Assembly (NCBI GenBank): GCA_044463365.1
Contig: JBIQMK010000002.1
Location: 1-56,751 of the forward strand
Direction of reading: 5' to 3'
From: Rhodanobacter sp.
GTDB taxonomy: Bacteria; Pseudomonadota; Gammaproteobacteria; Xanthomonadales; Rhodanobacteraceae
DNA length: 56,751 nt
A model generated the notes under the pieces. That model did not search any database. It worked only from the letters and a program-made list of their open reading frames with translations, and was not told the DNA's origin. Positions 18,897-26,600 of the stretch are shown piece after piece (the first letter of the stretch is position 1; every line of letters begins with the position of its first letter). The position numbers were made by a program, and so were the translations under genes.

Positions 18897-20666
18897 ATGG
18901 TCGACGTCCCTCAACCTGCAGATGAAAACGCTTCCGCGGAGCGGCTCAGGGCGCTGTCGGCGCTCGATATCGATGCCGAGCCGCTGTTCGATGCGCTGGC
19001 CCGCACCGCCGCCATCGCGACCGGCTCGCCAATCGCGCTGATCACCCTGATCGACGGCGAGCACCAGTGGTTCAAGGCCAACATAGGCTTCACCGGCCCG
19101 CGCGTGACGCCGCGCGATGTGGCGTTCTGCGCGCAGACCGCCCTTGGCTCCGAGTTGATGGAGGTCACCGACACCGCTAGCGATCCGCGCTGGGCGGAAA
19201 ACCCGCTGGTGACCGGTGAGCCGGGCATCCGCTTCTATGCCGGCGTGCCGCTTACCTTGCACGATGGCGCGCGGGTGGGTGCGTTGTGCGTCCTCGATCG
19301 CACGCCGCGCAAGTTGAGCCAGGAACAGCGTCAGCTGCTGGAAGCGCTGGCGACCAGTGTGGCCGAGGCGCTGGAGCTGCGCATGCAGACCTTGCAAGGG
19401 CAGGCCGCGCAGCAGGTACAGCGGGATGAGGTTCTGGCGGAGCTGGAGGCCGCCAGGGCGGCCGCCGCACTGGTCGCGCGCACCGACCGGCTGATGGGCG
19501 CGGGTCGCTGGTCGCTCGATCTGGAGACCCGGCAGCTGTGCTGGTCCGAGGAGACCTGCGCTATCCACGACGTGCCACCCGGTCATCGCCCGACCCTGAC
19601 GGAGGCGTTCAACTATTACACGCCCGAGGCCAGGCCAAAGATCGAACGGGCGGTAAAGGCGGCCATGAGCGGTTCGCATGGAAGCTGGGATCTGGAACTG
19701 CCCATGCTTACCGCCAAGGGGCGCAAGATCTGGGTGCGTGCCGTCGGTTTCGTCCAGATGAAGCCGGCGCCCGCGCGGCTGGTGGGCCTGTTTCAGGACA
19801 TCACCATCCGGCGGCGTGTCGTCTCGGCGCTGGAAGCCAGCGACCGCCGCTTTCGCAAGCTGTTCGAGTTCAGCCTGGGCCTGATCTGCACGCACGACTA
19901 TGAAGGGGTGCTGCTGTCGGTGAACCCCGCCGCGGCGGCGTCGCTGGGCTACTCGGTGGGCGAGCTGCTGGGGCGGCCGTTGACCGACTTCATCCCTGCC
20001 GAAAGGCATGCGGCGTTCCGCAGCTATCTGTTGCAGTTGATGACCAAGGATCGCCATGCGGGCATGCTGGAGCTGGTGGCCAAGGACGGCAGTCGGCGCG
20101 TGTGGCAATACCAGAGCGTGCTGGATGACCAGAGCGACGAACCGTACGTGCTGGGGCACGCGCTGGACATCACCGAGCGCTACCAGCACGAGCTGAAGCT
20201 GTGGGACGAGGCCACCCGCGATCCGCTCACCAAATGCTTCAACCGCCGCTACCTGGAAAACCTTTCCGACGCGTTCGCGTCCGAGGCATGGGGTTGCATC
20301 GCCATCGACCTGGATCACTTCAAGCAGGTCAATGACCGCTACGGGCATCAGCGCGGCGACGAGGTGCTGGTGGCGATGGCACGGTTCCTGTTTCGCCATG
20401 CCCGGCGCGACGACCCGGTGGTGCGCCTCGGCGGCGATGAGTTCCTGCTGTTGCTGCGCGGCGCGGATGACGAGGCAACCGCGCGGGTGGCGCGCGAGAT
20501 CGAAGCGGATCGCGACACCGCACCGATCGGATTCACCCTGGGCGCGGCCAGTTTCGGCCACGGCGTGTCGCTGTCCGACGGGCTGGGCGAGGCGGATCGG
20601 CGGCTTTACCAGCGACGCGCGATCGATCGCGCACCGCCTGCGGACGCCGCCGACCGGGTCAGCTGA
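18897..20666 (+). CDS. Diguanylate cyclase, GAF-PAS-PAS-GGDEF
   Basis: GAF (ENPLVTGEPGIRFYAGVPL..GALCVLD), two PAS, DPLT..NRR, DLDHFKQVNDRYGHQRGD, I-site RRDD five residues before GGDEF. Confidence 0.92.
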   Translation: MVDVPQPADENASAERLRALSALDIDAEPLFDALARTAAIATGSPIALITLIDGEHQWFKANIGFTGPRVTPRDVAFCAQTALGSELMEVTDTASDPRWAENPLVTGEPGIRFYAGVPLTLHDGARVGALCVLDRTPRKLSQEQRQLLEALATSVAEALELRMQTLQGQAAQQVQRDEVLAELEAARAAAALVARTDRLMGAGRWSLDLETRQLCWSEETCAIHDVPPGHRPTLTEAFNYYTPEARPKIERAVKAAMSGSHGSWDLELPMLTAKGRKIWVRAVGFVQMKPAPARLVGLFQDITIRRRVVSALEASDRRFRKLFEFSLGLICTHDYEGVLLSVNPAAAASLGYSVGELLGRPLTDFIPAERHAAFRSYLLQLMTKDRHAGMLELVAKDGSRRVWQYQSVLDDQSDEPYVLGHALDITERYQHELKLWDEATRDPLTKCFNRRYLENLSDAFASEAWGCIAIDLDHFKQVNDRYGHQRGDEVLVAMARFLFRHARRDDPVVRLGGDEFLLLLRGADDEATARVAREIEADRDTAPIGFTLGAASFGHGVSLSDGLGEADRRLYQRRAIDRAPPADAADRVS

Positions 20667-21192
20667 CGTCGCTGCCCAGGCGCAGGTTGATGCCCAGCGC
20701 GGTGGCCAGTTCGCGCATCGGCTCCGCGTCGCGGGTCAGCGTGATCCAGCCGGCGTGGCTGTCGTTGTCGGCTTCCCACGTCCACAGCGTGTAGCCGTAT
20801 TCGGCGAGGCAGTCGTAGGCGGTGCCCAGCAGCGAGGCGCCATCCATGTCCTCGAAGAAGTCGTCATCGGCCGGGTCGCCGTTCCAGTCGATGGACAGGT
20901 TCCAGCGGGCGCACAACTCGTCGATCACCTGCACCAGCGCCCGCGAATCTCCGACGTCGATGTGAAAGCCGGAGCGCCAGTCGATCACGTGGGCCATCAT
21001 GTGGACCGGTTCGTAGCTGCCCTCGGCCAGCGGCGCCACGGTCTCGCGGTAATCGTCGAACTGCTGCAGCGCCGTGTCCTCGTCGCCCGGATTGATCAGC
21101 TGCAGCAGCTGCCAGACCAGCGTTTCCACGGAGGCATCCTCGATGTCGTCGAACGCGTCGTCCGCATCGTAGTCGTCGTCGGAAACACTCAT
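20659..21192 (-). CDS. Acidic hypothetical protein (tentatively DUF6630-like)
   Basis: 177-aa ORF with typical codon usage, very Asp/Glu-rich, motif IDWRS; the family guess is from memory only. Confidence 0.65.
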   Translation of the reverse strand: MSVSDDDYDADDAFDDIEDASVETLVWQLLQLINPGDEDTALQQFDDYRETVAPLAEGSYEPVHMMAHVIDWRSGFHIDVGDSRALVQVIDELCARWNLSIDWNGDPADDDFFEDMDGASLLGTAYDCLAEYGYTLWTWEADNDSHAGWITLTRDAEPMRELATALGINLRLGSDVS

Positions 21193-21384
21193 GGCGCACG
21201 TCTCTCGGTAAGGATGCCTATGGTTGCGCGTGCGGGCGGGATTGGAAAGCCGGTCCGCCCGCCCGCCGGTGGCGATCTAAGCCGATCCTAACTTCCCCAT
21301 TGCACACTGCCGCATTCCCGTAGCATCCCGGCCTCGATCACGCCGGTGTTTGCTAAAGTCCCGGCGCAGACAACGGACCGACGA

Positions 21385-23076
21385 ATGACAACGATTGATG
21401 ACGGCGATACGCGCGCCGGACGCATGTTCTGGTGGTTCATGCTGGCGGCGCTGGTGGTGCTGGCCGCCGGTATCGGCCTGCGTGATCCCTGGCCGCCGGA
21501 CGAACCGCGCTTCGCGCTGGTCGCGCACCAGATGCTGACGTCCGGTCAATGGCTGTTTCCGCACCGCGGGATCGAGCTGTATTCGGACAAGCCGCCGCTG
21601 TTGATGTGGTGCGAGGCGATCACCTTCTGGCTCACCGGCGGCTGGCGCGGTGCCTTCCTGCTGCCCTCGCTGCTGGCCGGGCTGGGCAGCCTGCTGGTGG
21701 TCTATCGCACCGGGCGGCGGCTGTGGAATGCGCGCATCGGTTTGCTGGCGGCGGTGCTGCTGCTGGCGGCGATCCAGTTTGTCGATGTGATCAAGCACGC
21801 GCAGATCGATCCGCTGCTGCTGTTCTGGGTGACCGCGGGCAACGCCGGCCTGCTGGTGCACTGCCTGCGCGGACCGGACTGGCGCGCGTATTGGCTGGGC
21901 TGCTTCGCGGCGGGGCTGGGCGTGATCACCAAGGGCGTCGGCGTGCTGGTGCTGCTGATGCTGCTGCCGTATCTGTTTGCGCGGCTGCGGCACTGGCCGG
22001 GGGTGACGCAAACCCGTGGCGATGGCTGGCGCTGGGCCGCGGGTGCGCTGGCGTTCCTGTTGCCGATCGGCTTGTGGTTGGTGCCGATGCTGGTGGCGGC
22101 CTACGGCTTCAATACCCCCGAATACATCGCCTACGTGCAGGATCTGCTGTTTCGCCAGACCGCCCAGCGCTACGCCAATTCCTGGGCGCATGCGGAGCCG
22201 GCCTGGTTCTTCCTGCTGGTGGTGGCGCGCGACTGGTTTCCGGTCTGCCTGCTGATCCCGCTGCTGTTGCCGGCGTGGCGCGACGCGTTGCGCGGCCGCG
22301 AGGCACGCGTGTTGCTGCCGTTGGCGTGGTGGCTGCTGGCCTTGCTGTTTTTCAGCATCCCCTCGGGCAAGCGCGAGATCTACCTGTTGCCGGCGTTGCC
22401 GATGGTGGTGCTGGCGATGGCGCCGTTCGTGGACGGGCTGCTGGCCAAACGCTGGTTTTCCCGCGCCGCGTTCGCGTTGGGCGTGCTGATGGGCGCGGTC
22501 TTTCTGGCGGCCGGCGCGTGGGCGCTGCTGGCTCAGCCGCGCGCCGCGCAGCGTATCGCCGCCGGTTACGAACTGCCCGATGGTGGCGCCACGCTGTGGT
22601 GGTGCGCGATCGGCGTGGGCGTACTGTTTGTGCTGGCGGCGGCGTGGTTCCGTCCCCGTCGCGGCGTGCTGGCGCTGCTGGTGGGGCTGGGCGCGGCGTG
22701 GGTGGGCTGGTGCGTCAGCACGTATCCGCTGCTCAACGACAACCAGTCGGTGCGCTCGCTGATGCGCAGCGCGGATGAGCGGATTGGCCCCGACGGCGAA
22801 CTGGCGCTGGTGCAGTGGCGCGAGGAGCTGCTGCTGCAGGCGCGGCGGCCGCCAGTGGAATTCGGCTTCTCGCGGCCCCCGGCGGCGCAGATGCACGATG
22901 CGCTGGCATGGCAGGCGCAGGCGCCGCAGCGGCGCTGGATCCTGGTCGACAGCGATGCGCTCGGCCCCTGCGTGGATCCGGCGCGGGTGATCCGGCTGGG
23001 CGTGGCCAACCGCAATGCCTGGTGGCTGTTCGACGCGGCGGCGGTGAAGCCGGGTTGTTCGATGGCGCCGCAATGA
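21385..23076 (+). CDS. ArnT/PMT-family (GT-C) membrane glycosyltransferase
   Basis: WPPDEPRFA, YSDKPPL, AQIDPLL, LGVITKGVG, SGKREIYLLPALP; many TM segments. Confidence 0.88.
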   Translation: MTTIDDGDTRAGRMFWWFMLAALVVLAAGIGLRDPWPPDEPRFALVAHQMLTSGQWLFPHRGIELYSDKPPLLMWCEAITFWLTGGWRGAFLLPSLLAGLGSLLVVYRTGRRLWNARIGLLAAVLLLAAIQFVDVIKHAQIDPLLLFWVTAGNAGLLVHCLRGPDWRAYWLGCFAAGLGVITKGVGVLVLLMLLPYLFARLRHWPGVTQTRGDGWRWAAGALAFLLPIGLWLVPMLVAAYGFNTPEYIAYVQDLLFRQTAQRYANSWAHAEPAWFFLLVVARDWFPVCLLIPLLLPAWRDALRGREARVLLPLAWWLLALLFFSIPSGKREIYLLPALPMVVLAMAPFVDGLLAKRWFSRAAFALGVLMGAVFLAAGAWALLAQPRAAQRIAAGYELPDGGATLWWCAIGVGVLFVLAAAWFRPRRGVLALLVGLGAAWVGWCVSTYPLLNDNQSVRSLMRSADERIGPDGELALVQWREELLLQARRPPVEFGFSRPPAAQMHDALAWQAQAPQRRWILVDSDALGPCVDPARVIRLGVANRNAWWLFDAAAVKPGCSMAPQ

Positions 23077-23107
23077 GCCGGCGGCGCCTCACGCAACGCC
23101 GGTGGCG

Positions 23108-23707
23108 TCAGGTCACGCCGGCCTGGCAACGGCGCACCAGCCGCTCGAATTTCCGGCGGTTGACGGTGGCGTTGTGGCGGCGGCTCATGGAGCGGTGCGG
23201 GATGATGTTCTTCTCGCCGAAGCCGTCGATCATCATCAGTCGCGGCGCGGTACCGTCGTTGCTGCCGTAGACCATGTTGAACGCGTGCAGGTCGGTGGCG
23301 ATCACGTTGTGCCGCAGCAGTGCGGCGAGCAGGTCATCCAGCGCCTGCCGCATCGCGTCGGTGAAGCCGTCGCGGCCCAGCCAGGTCGCCAGCGTGGGTG
23401 CCAGCGCGCCATCGGCGCCAATGATCTTTTCCACCACCAGGCCCACGCCCAGATCGGTGTCGGCCAGGCCGATGACCGCCGCCAGCGGGGTGGGGCCCGG
23501 GTCGGCGTGGCGCGAGGCCAGGTATTCCTTGAACTCGCGCACGTAGCCGCGATACGGACCGGTGCGCGGCCACCGTGCCGTCGCGGCGGCGTTCTCGATC
23601 AGGTCGGCGCGGATCACCTTCACCAGCTGCCCCGGTTGTTCCGGGTGCTGGTAGACCTGCCGGTGCTTGCCGGTGGCAATCGGCGTGGCCTGGCTGAGTT
23701 GAAGCAT
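23108..23707 (-). CDS. YrbL-family kinase-like protein
   Basis: PIATGKHRQVYQHP..LVKV, DTDLGVGLVVE, DLHAFN, MIDGFG. Confidence 0.75.
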   Translation of the reverse strand: MLQLSQATPIATGKHRQVYQHPEQPGQLVKVIRADLIENAAATARWPRTGPYRGYVREFKEYLASRHADPGPTPLAAVIGLADTDLGVGLVVEKIIGADGALAPTLATWLGRDGFTDAMRQALDDLLAALLRHNVIATDLHAFNMVYGSNDGTAPRLMMIDGFGEKNIIPHRSMSRRHNATVNRRKFERLVRRCQAGVT

Positions 23708-23822
23708 GCGTGGCATCCCTGTGCTTTCAAGGCGGCCATTGTGCGGCAGCGCCGCACCGATCGCATCCCGCGGCGCGTCCACGTCGCTGCGCTAAACTGC
23801 ACGACCTCACCGGAGACTTCGT

Positions 23823-25814
23823 ATGCGACGGCTTTCCTGGCGTTTTTTTGCGGCCACCCTGGTTCTGCTGACGCTCAGTCGGCTCGGTCTGTCGGTGTGG
23901 TTGTGGTCGCGGGTGCAGCCGGCTGGTGGGCTGTGGCCGATCCTGTTCGGCGGCTGGCGCATCGACCTGAGTTTCCTGGCGATGATCTGCGCGTTTCCCC
24001 TCCTGCTGTCACCGTGGCTGGGCCATCTGGCCTGGCCCACGCGCATCACCGCGTGGTGGTACCGCGTGTGGTGGCTGCTGTTCGTGCTGCTGGAAGTGTC
24101 CACGCCGCAATTCATCCTGGAATACGACACGCGCCCGAACAGGCTCTACATCGAATACCTCACCAGTCCGCGCGAGGTGTCGGCGATGTTGTGGCACGGC
24201 TACAAGGGCGTGCTGTTCTTTGGCCTGATCGTGCTGGGCCTGCTGGGCTGGTGGGGGTTCCGCTGGTTGCGCACGCAGCCGGTCGATGCGCGCATGAAAC
24301 TGGCCTGGCGGCCGGTGGTGACGGCGGTGGCGTTCGCCGTGCTGTTGCTGGTGGCGCGCGGCACGCTGGAGCATCGCCCGCTCAACGCGTCGATGGTGGC
24401 CTTCAGCGACGACAGCATGGTCAACACGCTGCCGCTGAACTCGCTCTACAACGTGGCCAACGCGATCCGCGGCATGAGCAACGAGCGCTCCGCCGCGGCC
24501 GTCTACGGCAAGATGCCGGAGCCCGAGATGCAGCGCATCGTGCGCGAGGCGGCGGGCCTTAATGGCCCGATGCTCGATCCGAAGTACCCCAGCATGCATC
24601 GCCAGCAGGCCAGCGCGAAGCCGGCCAAGCCGCTGAACCTGGTGATCATCATGGAAGAGAGCCTGGGCGCGCAGTTCATCGGCACGCTGGGCGGTCAGCA
24701 GCTGTCGCCGCAGTTCGATGCGCTGTCGAAACAGGGCTGGCTGCTGGCACGCACCTACGCCACCGGCACGCGTTCGGTGCGCGGGCTGGAAGCGGTCAAT
24801 ACGGGCTTTCTGCCGACGCCGGCCGAGGCGGTGCTTAAGCTGCCGCGCAGCCAGCGCGGCTTCTTCACCATTGCCGGCCTGCTGGGTGAATTCGGCTACC
24901 ACTCGCGCTTCATCTACGGTGGCGAGGCGCATTTCGATAACATGAAATCGTTCTTCCTGGGCAACGGCTTCGACGAGGTGATCGACCAGCCGAAGTTCGA
25001 GGTCAAGCCCGGCTTCACCGGTTCGTGGGGCGCGTCCGACGAGGACATGTTCAACGAGCTGCATCACCGCTTGATGCAGGACGGCGACAAACCCAACTTC
25101 ACACTGGCCTTCAGCGTCTCCAACCACACGCCGTGGGAATATCCGGCCGGCCGCATCAAGGCCACGGAGCCGGCGGCCAGCGTGCAGAACACCGTGCGTT
25201 ATGCCGACTGGGCGATCGGGCAGTTCTTCGAGCGGGCGAAGAAATCGCCGTACTGGGATCACACCGTGTTCCTGATCGTGGCCGACCACGACGCCCGCGT
25301 GTTCGGCGCGAGCCTGGTGCCGGTGCGGCATTTCCACATTCCCGCGCTGATCCTGGGCGCCGGCGTGCCGGTGCAGCGCGACGAGCACATCGTCAGCCAG
25401 ATCGACCTGGCGCCCACGTTGCTGTCGCTGATCGGCATCAGCAGCGTGCATCCGATGCTGGGCGCCGATCTCACCCGGCGTTATCCGGACCGGGCGATCA
25501 TGCAGTACGGCGACAACTACGGTTACCTGAAATACGACCAGCTGGTGGTGCTGCAGCCGCACCAGGGCGCGAAGCAATTCCACTACGACGTGGGCGCCGA
25601 AACGCTCACCCCGGTGCCGCTCGACCCGACGCTGGACAAGCTGGCGCTGGCGCACGCGTTGTGGCCGAGCTGGGCCTACTTCAACCAGCGCTACGTGTTG
25701 CCGCCGACCAGCGAGCAGCATGCGGTGCCGGCCAGCGCCGGCAGCGCGGCCAAACCAGCGGTGGTGCCGATCAAGGTGAACACGCCCGATTGCTGCGTGA
25801 CACGGCAGCTTTAG
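23823..25814 (+). CDS. LTA-synthase/phosphoglycerol transferase-like sulfatase-fold membrane protein
   Basis: About five N-terminal TMs; NLVIIMEESLG, ATGTRSVRG, SNHTP, VADHD, SQIDLAPT. Confidence 0.9.
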   Translation: MRRLSWRFFAATLVLLTLSRLGLSVWLWSRVQPAGGLWPILFGGWRIDLSFLAMICAFPLLLSPWLGHLAWPTRITAWWYRVWWLLFVLLEVSTPQFILEYDTRPNRLYIEYLTSPREVSAMLWHGYKGVLFFGLIVLGLLGWWGFRWLRTQPVDARMKLAWRPVVTAVAFAVLLLVARGTLEHRPLNASMVAFSDDSMVNTLPLNSLYNVANAIRGMSNERSAAAVYGKMPEPEMQRIVREAAGLNGPMLDPKYPSMHRQQASAKPAKPLNLVIIMEESLGAQFIGTLGGQQLSPQFDALSKQGWLLARTYATGTRSVRGLEAVNTGFLPTPAEAVLKLPRSQRGFFTIAGLLGEFGYHSRFIYGGEAHFDNMKSFFLGNGFDEVIDQPKFEVKPGFTGSWGASDEDMFNELHHRLMQDGDKPNFTLAFSVSNHTPWEYPAGRIKATEPAASVQNTVRYADWAIGQFFERAKKSPYWDHTVFLIVADHDARVFGASLVPVRHFHIPALILGAGVPVQRDEHIVSQIDLAPTLLSLIGISSVHPMLGADLTRRYPDRAIMQYGDNYGYLKYDQLVVLQPHQGAKQFHYDVGAETLTPVPLDPTLDKLALAHALWPSWAYFNQRYVLPPTSEQHAVPASAGSAAKPAVVPIKVNTPDCCVTRQL

Positions 25815-25837
25815 GAAAGGTCTGGGCGATCGGGTTT

Positions 25838-25960
25838 TTGCCCGTCATCCCAGCGAAAGCTGGGATCCAGCGCCTCCGAGTCACGGAAAGAAAAGACGCT
25901 GGATTCCTGCTTGACCGGCCTTTCGGCCGTTGAAAAGCTCCTCGCAGGAACGACGGGCAA
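25838..25960. repeat. Second GTCAT(T/C)CC-family palindromic doublet, right arm with expanded loop
   Basis: ttgcccgtcatcccagcgaaagctgggatccagcg ... cgctggattcctgc[33 nt]gcaggaacgacgggcaa; lies between convergent genes. Confidence 0.8.
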
Positions 25961-25996
25961 GATCAACGGATCTTTTTTGTTTACGGCCAGAGCGAT

Positions 25997-26464
25997 TCAA
26001 CGCAGCAGCGAGCGCAGCATCCACGCGGTTTTCTCGTGCTCCTTCAGGCGGCCGGTGACCATGTCGGCGGTGCCCTCGTCGCCCGCCTTGTCGGCGACCT
26101 TGATGGCGTCGCGAGCGGTGGCAGCGGCGATCTCGTGGCCTTCCACCAACTGGCCGACCATCTCCTTCCATTCCGGCACGCCGGGCTCTTCCTTGATCGA
26201 GGTGAGCTTGCCGAACTGGCTGTAGGAACCGGGCGCGAACACGTCCAGCGTGCGGATGCGCTCGGCCACCTCGTCGGCGGCCAGCCACAATTCGTTGTAC
26301 TGCGTCTCGAACATCGCATGCAGGCTGTTGAACTGCGGGCCGGTGACGTTCCAGTGGAAGCTGTGGGTTTTCAGGTAGAGCGAATACGTGTCGGCCAACA
26401 GCTTGGACAGGTTCTTGGCGACTGCTTCGCGATCCTTTTTGGCGATACCGATGGAAATGGCCAT
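25997..26464 (-). CDS. dps: Dps DNA-protection/ferritin-like protein
   Basis: RBS aaggag; [49 protein letters not shown]; 155 aa. Confidence 0.95.
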   Translation of the reverse strand: MAISIGIAKKDREAVAKNLSKLLADTYSLYLKTHSFHWNVTGPQFNSLHAMFETQYNELWLAADEVAERIRTLDVFAPGSYSQFGKLTSIKEEPGVPEWKEMVGQLVEGHEIAAATARDAIKVADKAGDEGTADMVTGRLKEHEKTAWMLRSLLR

Positions 26465-26500
26465 GTGTTGCTCCTTCTTGGTGATCGATGCGATGGACCC

Positions 26501-26566
26501 ACAGTAGCGGGACGATCGTTGTTGGTGAAATGAAACCTTTATATGCCGCCGATAGCTTTCGACTAT
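26501..26566 (-). promoter_or_regulatory. OxyR-type binding site abutting the dps promoter
   Basis: Minus strand ATAG-N7-CTAT-N7-ATAT-N7-TCAT (26566-26530), then TTCACC, 17 bp, TACTGT (26506-26501). Confidence 0.7.
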
Positions 26567-26600
26567 CAGGCCGTCGCCAGCAGTTATCATGCGCGGTTCG

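Noticed and set aside
21296-21330. Promoter ttgcac..tagcat upstream of the ArnT-like gene
   Set aside because: Spacer is only 15 bp and no PhoP-type direct repeat is evident.
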